Source: Mobula hypostoma
Lineage: Eukaryota
Direction of reading: 5' to 3'
NCBI RefSeq assembly: GCF_963921235.1
Contig: NC_086097.1
Location: forward strand, 40,736,001 to 40,800,000
DNA: 64,000 nucleotides
Below, one piece after another: positions 38,105 to 51,016 of this stretch (position 1 is its first letter; every line of letters begins with the position of its first letter). Below the pieces are notes generated by a model, which saw only the letters and a list, made by a program, of their open reading frames with translations, did not search any database and was not told the origin of the DNA. Made by a program: the position numbers and the translations under genes.

Positions 38105-38510
38105 TTACTTTTCCAAAGGTATTTTGTCAGCATTTCCATACTTAGTCATCCTGTTGAATTCGACCTTGTAATTGTGTCCTCCAAGAAACAGAGCCCATTT
38201 CTGCATTCGTGCTGTTGCTGTTTGTGGAGCATCATTCTATGGACTGAAAATGGACACTAGTGGTTGACAATCAATAACAAGGGTAAAATCTCCCACATAC
38301 ACGTGCTGGTTAAAATGGTTTACACGCCAAACCAGACCCAAGGCTGCTCTGTCAATCTCTGTGTGATTTTTCTGTACTGCAGTAAAGGAATGCAATGCAA
38401 AGTTTATGGAGCGTTCACTTCCATCACTGATAACAAGTTAACAAGTTTCACGACATATCCAAGTGATATTAAATCTGATTCTGATTCTGACATGACTGCA
38501 TATGTAACAT

Positions 38511-39070
38511 CAGTCATAGTCATAGTCATACTTTACTGACCCCCGGAGAAAATTGGTTTTCGTTACAGTTGCACCATAAATAATAAATAGTAATAAAACT
38601 ATAAATAGTTAAATAGTAATATGTAAATTATTTATGCAGGAAGTAAGTCCAGGACCAGCCTATTGGCTCAGGGTGTCTGACCCTCCAAGGAACGGGTTGT
38701 AACGTTTGATGGCCACAGGCAGGAATGACTTCCTATGACGCTCTGTGTTGCATCTCGGTGGAATGAGTCTCTGGCTGAATGTACTCCTGTGCCCAACCAG
38801 TACATTATGTAGTGGGTGGGAGACACTGTCCAAGATGGCATACAACTTGGACAGCATCCTCTTTTCAGACGTCAGAGAGTCCAGTTCCATCCCCACAACA
38901 TCACTCGCCTTACGAATGAGTTTGTTGATTCTGTTGGTGTCTGCTACCCTCAGCCAGCTGCCCCAGCACACAACAGCAAACATGATAGCACTGGCCACCA
39001 CAGACTTGCAGAACATCCTCAGCATCGTCCGGCAGATGTTAAAGGACCTCAGTCTCCTCAGGAAATAGAG
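38511..39070 (-). mobile_element. Rex1/Babar-type LINE 3' fragment, same subfamily as 7666-8287
   Basis: ORF 38660-39025 nearly identical to 7815-8324; (TATGAC)n tail. Confidence 0.88.
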
Positions 39071-39667
39071 ACAATTTACACTAGACGATGTGGATCATAA
39101 TGTGGGAGTACAGTGTCTGATGTCACCATTTCCTTTACCTTCATGAAAGTCCCTCACACTGCTTTGTCCATTGCCATTTCTTCCCAAGTTCAAGCGGTGG
39201 AGCACAGTAGTCAGGTTTGGCAAGAACCTGTTACAGTAATTATCAGATACAAAACAATGACTGACCACAGCTGTGACATGTCCTTTGACCTTGGGGCATC
39301 CACCACGACTTGATCTTTCTCAGCACATTTTTGTAATCCTTGTGCGTCAATAGTGTGATCTCTGTCAATGATGTCTGCTTTAAAGAATTCACATCTGTTA
39401 CATTGTGTTCTGAGCCCATAATCTTCTAATCCTTTTAAGGCTGTCTTGAGATTTTGGAGATGATCCTTGTCATCTTTACAGGTAACAATGACATCATCTA
39501 GATAACACTGGACAGCCTTGCAGTGTCTGGTCCATGATTTTCTGCCAGAGTGCAGGTGCAGATGCGACTCCAAAAATAAGCCTGTTATAGCAACAAAGCC
39601 CTTTGTGAGTGTTTATGGTGAGAAGAACTTTGGATTTTTCTTTCATCTCCATCTGTAGGTAGGCCAT

Positions 39668-41215
39668 CACGCCTATAAAAAGTATTCACCCCCTTGGAAT
39701 TTTTCATATTTTATTGTTTTACAACATTGAATCACAACGGATTTAATTTGGTTTTTTGAAACTCATCAACAGAAAAGGACTCTTTTGTGTCAAAGTGAAA
39801 ACAAATCTCTGCAAAGTGACTGACATAAATCACAAATAAAAAACACAAAATAATTGAATGTATTATTATGACACACCAAATCATCACTGATGCAGCCAGT
39901 TGGTTTTAGAAGTCACATAATTAGTTAAATGGAAATCTGTGTTTGGAGACCTGTATGCAGTCATGGTGATTCAATTGATTGTAGTAAAAATACACCTGAA
40001 TCTGGAAGGTCCAACTGCTGGAGAATCAGTATCCTGGAAAAAACTACACCATGAAGACAAAAGAACACTCCAAGCAACTACACGAAAAGGTTATTGAAAA
40101 GCACAAGTCAGGAGATGGATACAAGAAAAGTTGCAACTCACTGAATACCCCTTGGAGTACAGTTCACTCAATCATCAAGCAGTGAAAATAATATGGCTCA
40201 GCTGTCAGTCTGCCTAAAGCAGGCTGTCCTCAAAAACTAAGTGACTGTGTAATTCTGTGCAAAATTAAGAGACCTATGACAACTCTGGAGGAATTATAAG
40301 GTTCAGTGGCTGAGATGAGAGAGACTGCGCATACAACACCTGTTGCCCGGGTGCTTCACCACTCACAGTTTCATGGGAGGGTGGCAAAGAGAAAGCCACT
40401 GTTGAAAAAAAACTCACATGAAATCTCGGCTAGAATTTGCCAGAAGGCATGTGGAAGACTCTGAAGTCAGCTGGAAGAAGGTTCTATGGTCTGATGAAAC
40501 CAAAATTGAGCTTTTTGGCCATCAGACTAAATGCTATATTTGGCAAGAAAACACCATCCCTACTGTGAAGCATGGTGGTGACTGTATCATGCTGTGGGCA
40601 TGCTTCACTGCAGCAGTCCCTGGAAGGCTTGTGAAGGTAGTGGGTAAGATGATTACAGGGAAGATCCTGGAGGAAATCCTGATGCAGTCTGCAGGAGAAC
40701 TACGACTAGGAAGCAGTATTGTTTTCCAAAGCATAAAGCCAAAGCTACAAAGGAATGGCTTAAAAATAACAAAGTTAATGACCTGGAGTGGCCAAGACAG
40801 AGTCCAGAACTCAATTCAATTGAGAATTTGTGGCTGGACTTGAAAAAGGCTGTTCACTCACGATCCCCATGCAATCTGACAGAGCTTGAGCAGTTTTGTA
40901 AAGAAGAATGGGGAAAAATATGCAGTGCCTAGATGTGCAAAGCTGATAGAGACCTACCCACACAGACCCAAGGCTGTAATTGCTACCAAAGATGCATCTA
41001 CTAAATACTGACTTGAAGGGGTATATACTTAAGCGATCAATTATTTTGTGTTTTATACTTGTCGTTAATTTAGATCACTTTGACACAAACGAGTCTTTTT
41101 CTATTGATCAGTGTCATAAAAGCTAAATTAAATCCACTGTGACTCAATGTTGTAAAACAATAAAACATGAAAACTTCTGGGGGGGCGCCGAGGTAAATAC
41201 TTTGTATAGGCACTG
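39668..41215 (+). mobile_element. Near full-length Tc1-family DNA transposon with long inverted repeats; transposase disrupted
   Basis: Termini (ca)cgcctataaaaagtattcacccc and gtaaatactttgtataggcactg, with inverted repeats extending ~200 bp. The Gypsy RT resumes on both sides. Confidence 0.9.
40051..41011 (+). pseudogene. Tc1 transposase pseudogene
   Basis: [61 protein letters not shown], ending TKY-TGA; contains in-frame stops and frameshifts. Confidence 0.88.
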
Positions 41216-41644
41216 AAAGTCCACTTTGCTGAAGTGTTTCCCACCTGAAAGGTTTGTGAAGATATTCTGAATCCTGGGCAGAAGGTATTAATCTACTTTC
41301 AGTTCTCTGTGGAAGGTGACCTTACGATCATCACAGACCCATTCTTCTTAGCTGCTGGGACTACTGGCATTGCCATGGGTCCACCCAACCGTGGAAAGAA
41401 TTCCTTCAGCCACCATGTGATCTAGCTCACTGGCTAATTTAGCATGGATGGTATAAGGAACCAGACGGGCTTTGTAAAATTTGGGTGTGGCATTTTCATT
41501 AATATTTTCCGTTGATATTTTTGAGGTTTCCAATGCCATACTTGAACACTGCTGTAGTAAATTCAATGCCTTTCTTAATTCACTGTCAGTTAGCTTTATT
41601 ACCAGGAACGTTGCCTGCAAATGGTGGCTGGATCTCCAATCAAG

Positions 41645-42745
41645 ACTATGAGACATAGGAGCAGAATTAGACCATTCTGCCTATCGAGACTGTTCTGCCA
41701 TTCCATCATGGTTGACCGGCTCCCAAGCAACCCCATACACCTGCCTTCTCGCCATATACTTTAATGCCTTGACCGATCAGGAAACTACCAACTTCTGTTT
41801 TAACTATGCTCATGGACTTGGCCTCCACCACAGTCTGTGGCAGAGAATTCCACAGATTCACCACTCACTGGCCAGTTGCTCCTCAAGTTTGAGGCTGTGC
41901 CTTCTAGTTCTGGATACCCCCAGCATAGGAAACATCCTCTCCACATCCACCCTATCTAGTCCTTTCAACATTTGGTAGGTTTCAATGAGATCCACCCACA
42001 TTCTTCTAAATTCCCGTAAGTTCAGACCCAAAGCTGCCAAATGCTGCCTGTATGTTAACCGTTTCATTCCTGAAATCATCCTCATGAACCTCCTCTGGAC
42101 TCTCTCCAATGACAACACGTCCTTTCTGAGATATGGGGATCAAAACTCTTGACAATGCTCCGTGTGGCCTGACTAATGTCTTATAAAGCCTCAGCATTAT
42201 TTCCTTGCTTTTGTATTCTATTCCCCTTGAAATAAAGGCCAGCATTGCATTTGCCTTCTTTCCCATAGATTCAACCTGTAAATTAATATTCTGGGAGTCT
42301 TGCACAGGGACTTTTAAGTTCCTTCAGACCTCTGATGTTTGAATTTTCTCCCTATTTAGACAAAAATCCGCACTATTATTTCTTTTACCAAATTATATTA
42401 TCACATATATTTCCCAACACTGTATTCCATCTGCCACTTTTTTGCCCATTTTTCCAGTTTGTCTAAGTCCTGCTTCAATTGCTTTGCTTCCTCAGCATTA
42501 CCCACTCCTCCACCTGTCTTTGTATTATCTACAAACCTTGCCACAGAGCCATCAATTCCATTATCTAATTCAGTGATAAACAATGTGAAAAGTAGCAGTC
42601 CCAATACTGACCCCTGAGGAGCATCTCTGGTTACTGACAGTCAATCACAAAAAGCCCCCTTTATTCCCACTTGCTGCCTCCTGCCTATCAGCCATTCCTC
42701 TATCCATGCCAGTATCTTTCCTGTAATGTCATAGGATTTTATCTT
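41645..42745 (-). mobile_element. CR1 LINE RT remnant
   Basis: ARFVDNTKTGG, KKANAMLAFISRGIEYKS, LERVQRRF; 3' tail near 41645. Confidence 0.88.
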
Positions 42746-43029
42746 GTTAAGAGTCTCGAGTTGTAGTTGTCTCAGCAAATCAGGCCTCCACAATGATAGC
42801 CTCCTGATTTTACCACATATAAGCCTAATGTGGCTTGTTGGTTGCTGTATTTCAATGTTACAGATGTCATTATCCACTATAAGTTGCTGTTCAAACTCAT
42901 TTTGTGGAGACAGAAACACAACGGACTGCAAATGGTACAGTGTGGAGCAAAAAATCTGCTGGAAGAGCTTAGTGATTCAAGCAACATCTGTGGGAATAAC
43001 TGTTATGAAGTCTGGTGGTTCTGGTGTGG

Positions 43030-43510
43030 ATGCTATGTAACCTCCTCCGTGTTGGGAGCAGAATAAATAGTGCATGAGCAGGGTGGGTGGGATCCTTCAT
43101 GATATTACTGGCCCTTGTCTGGCACCTTTCTATATATATGTGCTTGATGGTGGGTAGGCTGTTGCTGGTGATGCACTGGGCAGTTTTAACAACATGTTAT
43201 AGAGTCTTCATGTCTGCCACAGTGCAGCCTCCATACCATACAGTGATGAAGCTTGTTGGGATCTTCTGAAGAATGATGTGAGTATAGATATACATAGTCC
43301 ATCTCTCTTCAGCCGCTAAACGTAGAGGTGTAGGTGAGCTTTCCTGATTGTATGAATTGTGTTCTGGGGCCATGAGAGGTTGTGCAAGATGTGCACTCCT
43401 GGGAGTTTCCACTGCTGTGCCGCCAACGTAAAGAGAGGTGTGAGTGTTGCAAGGTCTCCTGAAGTCAATAACGATCTCTTTCGTCTTGTTGACATTAAGG
43501 AAGAGATTAT
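43030..43510 (-). mobile_element. Old Rex-type LINE fragment
   Basis: HNLFLNVNKTKEIVIDFRR and ITVWYGGCT motifs. Confidence 0.7.
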
Positions 43511-44574
43511 GGGATCTTGGGTTTAAAAAATAAAGGCATACAACATTAAAAAAAAGAATTAACATTGAACTATGGCACCATTTCAAGAAGGAGGCAGGAA
43601 TATTTAGAGCTTGACAAGTCTCAGTAGAATGGATAGTGCTGATCATTACTAAGTTAGGCAGTACATATAGAATGCAACTTCAAAAATATAAAATTTTTTT
43701 CAGACGTTGATGTCTCAGAAAGCATATCTTTCTTTTATAACTCTCAGGTTTTTTAAGTTATTGGCACCTCACTTTTGAACAGACAGTGCCCTTGGAGATG
43801 GGTCACTGAGTATTTGTTTGAATGGTGTAATAAGAAGTGATATTGTGGTTTCTGGGCTGCAAGAGGCACCACTTAGCCAGATGCCATACCCATTATTATT
43901 TCTGGACACTAACAGTCAGAATGTTATACACACTTGAATTGTCATAAAAGTTGAGAAGAAAAACATGTTTATTTTTTATATTCTTTTCATTGCAAAGGAA
44001 CGGCTCAGTGCTCTCACTTGTTGAGTGTGCACAACATTGATTTAGGTGGTCCTCCAGATGCCTGCTATCACTAATGACTCCATGATCATGATATTTGCTA
44101 AACTGGCAGGCCTTGAAGATGATTTACACTCACTCGGTAGATAGCGTGCCCTTTTCATGCAGTGTGAAGCCATAGTCAATTCATGAACTGCTGTATAACG
44201 ACGGTTTTCTCAACAATAAATCACAATCTTTAAACAAGTGAGGGAAAACTGTGCCATTTTCTCCAGAGTGGTAGTCGTGTGCAGCTGACTGCTGCCCTTT
44301 ATTATGCATGTTTTGCTCTTGTGACCTGCCTGATTCATATCTTTAGATAATAAATCAGTTTCTAGAAATAGTTACAAAGGATTTAGTAGATTAATCTGAA
44401 CCCAGCTGCTGGGAAACATTACAGATGCTAATACAAAACTATAATTTATATATCTTTTTCTTCATAGAAAAATAAACCTGTCATTTTTCCAAAAATATTT
44501 GTGAAAAAAATAATGTATATGAAATATGAAAAATTGCCAGAGAGGAAACTATTGATTGCTGCGGGGTAAACAAT

Positions 44575-45167
44575 AATGGTAGTGCGATCACTTGAGTCGA
44601 GTACAATCTTCTCCTAAGGAGTTGTCTATTGGTGGGTCTTCAGGTGGCTGTAGTGGCTGGTGTGGGATCAATGTATTCTGACTGGCTTCCAGACCTGACA
44701 ATCCTGCCTCTTCACCTCTTGCCTATTGTCATGGGACTTAAGCCGGGATGTTTGGACGAATTCCCTTACTGGAGAACGCCTGTGCGTGACTTTGTTTATC
44801 GTGGGGAGGCTGACGCACAGGCAGCCACCACACTATCCTTGGCAGATCGGAGTCAGAGTCCAGAGGTGTGAAACGCAAGACAACTTGGAACCCTTCACTG
44901 CTAAACCTTCCTCCACTTTCACTGCGGGTTGTAATCTGTGATCATCTTCTGCCAGCTCCACCATTGACCTCTTGGTTGGTTCGTCCTTTTTTTTTTGAGA
45001 CTGCCCCCCTGTACTTATTGCCAAGGGTGACCCTACCAGGAGCTAAAGTTCAGACATCATCACTTTGAGGATCTCGGGAACTCACAAACCTCTCCACCAG
45101 GATAAGGTGATGATCTTTGGAGAAGTGGTAAACACTACCTCTCTGCAACACCGTCTACACGTTGAGC
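44575..45167 (-). mobile_element. Non-autonomous RTE-clade element (5' UTR joined to extreme 3' end)
   Basis: Minus strand has RTE/Expander-like 5' motifs caccttatcctggtggagaggtttg and cctggtagggtcaccc, and the terminal peptide SHTSHYSHLKTH, resembling the RTE C-terminal IGLxSHxRxH. Confidence 0.6.
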
Positions 45168-45480
45168 TCCCTCTGCTGAAATGAACAACGATATTTTAAT
45201 TTTACTGATGGGTTACATTAATACAGGAAAAATGTGAAGAATGTTGAAAGGGTGCAGAAAAAAACTCGCAATAGAGAAGCAATGATCATACAATTAGATT
45301 GGAGGAGTAAGGATTGTTCACTTTAGGGAAGGATAAGAGGGATTTCATCAAGGTGCTCAAAATCAACAGAGGTTTAGATAGCACCTTTGAAAGCGTTAAG
45401 AACTAGAGGAACTAGATGCAAGGTGATTAGCATAAAATGGAATAGCTCGAGCAAAGATTTTCATGCAGCAAGTAGTCTTA

Positions 45481-46638
45481 GAAACATAGAAACATAGAAA
45501 ATCTGCAGCACAATACAGGCCCTTCGGCCCACAAAGCTGTACTGAACATGTCCTTATCTTAGAAATTACCCAGGGTTACCCATAGCCCTCTATTTTTGTA
45601 AGCTCCATGTACCTATCCAGAAGTCTCTTAAAAGACCCAATCGTATCCGTCTCCACCACCGTCGCCAGCAGCCCATTCCACACACGCACTACTCTCTGCG
45701 TTAAAAAAAAACTTACCCCTGACATCTCCTCTGTACCTCCTTCCAAGCACCTTAAAACTGTGTCCTCGAATGCTAGCCATTTCAGCCCTGAGAAAAAGCC
45801 TCTGACTATCCACACAATCAATGCCTATCATCATCTTATATACCTCTATCAAGTCACATCTCATCCTCCGTCTCTCCAAGGAGAAAAGGCCGAGTTCACT
45901 CAACCTATTCTCATAAGGCATGTTCCCCAATCCAGTCAATATCCTTGTAAATCTCCTCTGCACCCTTTCTAAGGTTTCCACATGCTTCCTATAGTGAGGC
46001 GAACAGAACTGAGCACAGTGCTCCAAGTGGGGTCTGACCAGGGTCCTATATAGCTGCAACATTACCTCTTGGCTCCTAAACTCAATACCACAATTGATGA
46101 AGGCCAATACACCATATGCCTTCTTAACCACAGAGTCAACTTGCGCAGCAGGTTTGAGTGTCCTGTGGACTCGGACCCCAAGATCCCTCTGATCCTCCAC
46201 ACTGCCAAGAGTCTTACCATTAATGCTATATTCTGCCATCAGACCTTACCAAAATGGACCACTTCACACTTACCTGGGTTGAACTCCATCTGCCATTTCT
46301 CAGCCCAGTTTTGCATCCTATCAATGCCCAACTGCACCACTGTAACATCTGACAACCCTCCACACTATCCACAACTCCCCCAAGCTTTGTGTTATCAGCA
46401 AATTTACTAACCCATCCCTCCACTTCCTCATCCAGGCATTTATAAAAATCATGAAGAGAAGGGGCCCCAGAACAGATCCCTGAGACTCACCACTGGTCAC
46501 TGACCTCCATGCAGAATATGACCCGTCTACAACCACTCTTTCCCTTCAGTGGGCAAACCAGTTCTGGATCCACAAAACAAGGTCCCCTTGGATCCCATTC
46601 CTCCTTACTTCCTCAATAAGCCTTGTATGGGGTACCTT
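45481..46638 (-). mobile_element. 5'-truncated CR1 LINE, closely related to 16304-18975
   Basis: ORF 45628-46239 (VKKAYGVLAFI, RPHLEHCAQF), SKFADNTK; (TTCTATGT) tail. Confidence 0.92.
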
Positions 46639-47522
46639 AGTCTTGATCTGGAATTTCCTGCCTGATGTGGCAGAAGAGGATTCATTCAGAAATTGGTCAG
46701 ATACTTGAGGAAGGAAGAGAACTGCAGGGCCATGAATGGGGGAAAGAGAAAAAGAGAATGGGTCTGTATGGAATGCATTCCTCCAGCAATCTGACGTGAG
46801 TTTAAAGGACTGAAGAGCCTAATTCCCACTGTTAAAAATTCTGCAATTCATTCCTGCTGATGTCCTCCTTCTGCTCTTCGTATACATTTGTTTTTGAGGT
46901 GGCTTGTTGCTTGTAGTGCCCACTAGGACTGACACTTCTCAGTAAGTAAGGGGGTTAAAGGTTATGGAAAGGATGTGGAAAATGGGCCTAACAATAAAAT
47001 CAGTCCATGTGTGAAATATGGAGCATTACATTGAAAAGGTAACAATTGAATGGTTGCATCTTCAGCTCCTGAGGTACCAAGCTAAGACACTTCACAAGTC
47101 AGTGAAGAGCCATCAATCTTGGGTTCAGTTGAAGGTGGCAGGGAAACTGGATAGAGTAAGAATAGCAGATTTACTTTCCTCCAGGACATTCGAGTACCAA
47201 TCAAGTTGTCACAAAAGAAAGCAAAATCTTTTATCTGTGAAGTGGTCTCTTTCACTGATAACCATTTTTGTTTTTTTTGTATTTGTAATTTTTTTAAAAA
47301 TTCAGAGTTTCATCATAGAAGGTGACTGATGTTTTCAGGATTATTCACCAAACAGCACAAAGTCTTCTTCACTGTTTTTTGGGGAGGTAAACAAGAGCTG
47401 CATGTTACTGCAAAGATTTCACAAAATATCCTGACCTTTTTGGTCCTCAGCTACCCTGTCTAGCCTGTGCCTTACCCTTTCTTCTTGGAAATTTATGCAA
47501 GAATCAATCATTTGAGTTATCA

Positions 47523-47547
47523 ACACACACACACACACACACACACA
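47523..47547. repeat. (AC)n microsatellite
   Basis: Direct reading. Confidence 0.95.
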
Positions 47548-47734
47548 TTTTTTTCCTGCAAGATTTGGAGTGTAACCCGCCATTGTGTTTTCCATGTAGG
47601 TTAAAATTACATCAACAATTAGCATTGAATGTCTATGATGCATTTCTTTATTCGCTCTGGTCCCCTGTGCATACTGGTTTTATTTTCCCTGTGGTTGAGC
47701 ATTACAGTCCTGACCTTTGGCATATGTTTGAGTT

Positions 47735-49980
47735 ATAAGGTTACAGAGTCATACAGTACAGAAACAGGCGCTTCGACCAAGATGGTGCATGTTGACCACA
47801 GCGTGCTTCCTGCTCGATTCAGTTGTCTGCTTTCAGCCCATAACCCTCTATACCATACTCCTCATGTACCTATCCAAATGCCTCTTAAGTTTTTCAGTTG
47901 TGCCTATCTCAACCACTTCCTCTGGCAGCTTATACTGTGTAAAGGAGTTACCACTCAGGTATTTTTAATCTCCCCCCCCCCCCCCATCTTGTATCAGTGC
48001 CTTCTGGTATGAGGTCATGAGGTCATCTCTGTGCTCCACAGAATAAAGATACAGCAAGGCCAAACTCTGCCTATAACTCTTGACCTGGCAGCGTCCTCAT
48101 AAATTTCTTCTGCGTCCTCTGTAGACTGACAGTGTTTTCATCTTCTGACCTTTAATGGCGACAAGCAGTCCAACTTCAAGCTGCATTACCGGCACCAAAT
48201 GGACTGGAATGTGGCGTAGAGAATTGGCAAATAAAACCCTGCTAGTTCTTTATCAAATGAAAATGAAATTACCCCAAAAAGCCCTATAGATTGTAAATAA
48301 TGAAAGGCAATATTGTGAATTAAATTAAAGTCACTTCCATAACTTAGGAAAGTTTGAAACTTAAAGCTATCAGCCCTCAAAGGTAGTAGTACAGACTGCA
48401 TTTGCTTCCTTTCAACCTTATATGCTTCACATTGTAAAAGCGTATGTTCAACTGTTTCATAATGATGACAAAACCTACACACACCAGAGTATTTTCCAAC
48501 AAGCTGTAAGGAATAATTAAGCATAGGATGCCCAATTCTAAGTCGGGTCAATATAAATCCCTCCCTTCTTGTTTTACCCCCTTCCCCCATCAATCCAACA
48601 GTTTTATGTATTCTGTAAAGGGGTCTCCCCTTCTGCCCATTCTCTCACAGGCCTTGTCGTAATCCCCAAATTCTTAGCCCCACCAACCCCTTAGCTTCCG
48701 ATTTGCTAAGTGGAAGGCCTATAACCAGAGTTGAATTTTCAACGGCTTTTTTGGCCAAACAATCAACTAACTCATTCCTGTCAACACCTCTATGTGCAGG
48801 GGCCCATAAGAAGAGGACATGTAGACCAATACTTTGAATATGAAATAAAGTTTGAAGAGCTTCCAGCAGTAAATCTGACCTACAGCTAGAATTACCTGTT
48901 TTAAGGCTAGTTACAACCAAAAACAGAATCTGAACAAATTACAACTTTGCAAGGACAGATTTCCTTGTAAGCCCAAAATGATGGCAACTAATTCTTCTGT
49001 ATAAACTGATAACTGGTTAGTAAGGCATTTCTTTATTGTTACCTGTAATTCAGTCACAAAAACATCCACACCAACATTCCCTGTTAAATTACCATTTGAT
49101 ACATCAATAAAAATGGTTAACATATCACAATAATTTTCCTTAACATATTGATGAACGAACAAACTCTTGGGCATATCAGGATCATTGGACTTAATTCAAT
49201 CATGCAACGTAAAATCATCTAAAGTCATTGGAAACAAAATCAAGGTGGGCATATTGCATAATCCAGCAAACCCATATTCCTAATGTGATAAGAACCCAAC
49301 CACCCAAAACTAAAAACACTTTTCATGTGTTGTTGCTAACACTCTTCCAACATACTTTTAATAGGGTGATCATTTCTCTGCCCCCTCAGATTAAACCAGT
49401 ATGTTAACGTCAACTTCAACTTCTGCAACTGTGAGAGTTATTAGCCCATTCCACCAGTAAACCCAAAACAGGAGATGATGTTACTGCACCACAACACAAT
49501 CCTAAAGCCTGTGCTTGTATTACATCCAAACATTTTAAATTTGAAACTGATCCATAAGCCACACAGCCAGAATCAAGTACAGATCTAATTAAAGAAATAT
49601 AAATTTTCAGTGTCTTTTTTGTAACAAGCTGATCAGAACTGTACATAATAGTACTCCAAGTCTGGTGTCACAAATGGCTTACACAAGTGCAACATAATAC
49701 CTGTACTCCAGAACATGATGCTCTGACTGATGAAGGCCATCTTCACCATTGTCTCCTTGCGTGACTGCTTTCAGTGAACTGTGCACTTGAACTCCCTGGT
49801 CCTTCTGTTCCACAACACTTGCTAGTGCCTTGCCATTCATTGTATAAGTACTAAACTGGTTTGACTGCCCAAAATGCATCACTTCACATTTATCTAAGTT
49901 GAAAACCATTTGTTATTCCTTAGCCCATCTCCCTAACTGATCGAGATCTCTTTGTACTTTAGTGAAGCCTGTTTCGCTAA
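47735..49980 (-). mobile_element. Old CR1 remnant (~47735-48133 and ~49645-49980) split by an I-group LINE
   Basis: FNLDKCEVMHFG at 49679-49909; CR1 3' UTR at 47735-47950. Confidence 0.7.
48134..49640 (-). mobile_element. I-group (Nimb-like) LINE 3' part with RNase H and C-terminal CCHC knuckle, decayed
   Basis: YISLIRSVLDSGCVAYGS; RNase H motifs IFIDVS, SVYTEELVAI and FLWAPAHRGVDRNELVDCLAK; RLRIGH...CRFC...ETVEHTLLQC. Confidence 0.85.
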
Positions 49981-50217
49981 AAGCAAGCCCCCACCCCACC
50001 AAATCTCTCCCTAGTCAAACATTTACTGTTAATATAACAGAAGAACCTCTTGGGATGATTATTGAGTTATCCAGCATGGAATCAGGCCCTTCAGCACAAA
50101 ACATCCATGCTGATCAAGTTAATAACAGGAATTCTGCAGATGCTGGAAATTCAAGCAACACACATCAAAGTTGCTGGTGAACGCAGCAGGCCAGGCAGCA
50201 TCTGTAGGAAGAGGTAC

Positions 50218-50253
50218 AGTCGACGTTTCAGGCCAAGACCCTTCGTCAGGATT
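50218..50253 (-). ncRNA. Minimal hammerhead motif, core intact
   Basis: Minus strand aatc-CTGACGA-a-gggt-cttg-gcct-GAAA-c-GTC-gact. Confidence 0.62.
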
Positions 50254-50980
50254 AATTTAAGGAAGAGTTAGTAAGAGATTTGAAAGAGGGAGGGGGAGGG
50301 GGAGATCCAAAATGATAGGAGAAGACAGGAGGGGGAGGGATGGAGCCAAGAGCTGGACAGGTGATTGGTAAAGGGGATATGAGAGGATCATGAGACAGGA
50401 GGCCCAGGGAGAAAGACAAGGGGGGGGGGAGGACTCAGAGGATGGTCAAGGGGTATAGTCAGAGGGACAGAGAGAGAAAAAGGAGAGTGAGAGAAAGAAT
50501 TTGTGTATAAAAATAAATAACGGATGGGGTATGTGGGGGAGGTGGGGCATTAGCAGAAGTTAGAGAAGTCAATGTTCATGCCATCAGGTTGGAGGCTACC
50601 CACCTCCCCCTCGTACCCCATCCGTTTTGGGTAGCCTCCAACCTGATGGCATGAACATTGACTTCTCTAACTTCTGCTAATGCCCCACCTCTCCCACGTA
50701 CCCCATCCATTATTTATTTTTATACACACATTCTTTCTCTTGCTCTCCTTTTTCTCCCTTGTCCCTCTGACTATACCCCTTAACCATCCTCTGGGTTCCC
50801 CCCCCACCTTGTCTTTCTCCCTGGGCCTCCTGTCCCATGATCCTCTCATATCCCCTTTGCCAATCACCTGTCCAGCTCTTGGCTCCATCCCTCCCCCTCC
50901 TGTCTTCTCCTATCATTTTGGATCTCCCCCTCCCCCTCCCCCTCCCACCTTCAAATTTCTTACTAACTCTTCCTTCAGTT

Positions 50981-51016
50981 AGTCCTGACGAAGGGTCTCG
51001 GCCTGAAACATCGACT
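50981..51016 (+). ncRNA. Minimal hammerhead motif, stem III palindrome broken (ACAT)
   Basis: agtc-CTGACGA-a-gggt-ctcg-gcct-GAAA-c-ATC-gact. Confidence 0.58.

Larger units (their letters stand above)
35648..41642 (-). mobile_element. Second decayed Gypsy of the same family (3' LTR 35648-35873, integrase, RNase H, RT); gag and 5' LTR not seen
   Basis: LTR tgttatgttttgtaattcc...tgaatacactaca. MSAERTTLTLNQKLAYFLLA parallels 10065-10331. RT motif CYLDDVIVT. Interrupted by PLE, Rex and Tc1 insertions. Confidence 0.85.

Noticed and set aside
35648..41642. Segmental duplication of 7026-13857
   Set aside because: Similarity is confined to Gypsy sequence; flanks and nested inserts differ, so these are independent copies.
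44565..45134. GGTAAACA as TSD of the RTE-derived element
   Set aside because: Similarity to 51716-51765 extends past the second copy to 45167, so that 8-mer appears internal to the element.
44980..45167. HDV-like or twister ribozyme in the RTE 5' UTR
   Set aside because: Such ribozymes are known in some RTE elements, but I could not fit the required pseudoknot or conserved core nucleotides here.
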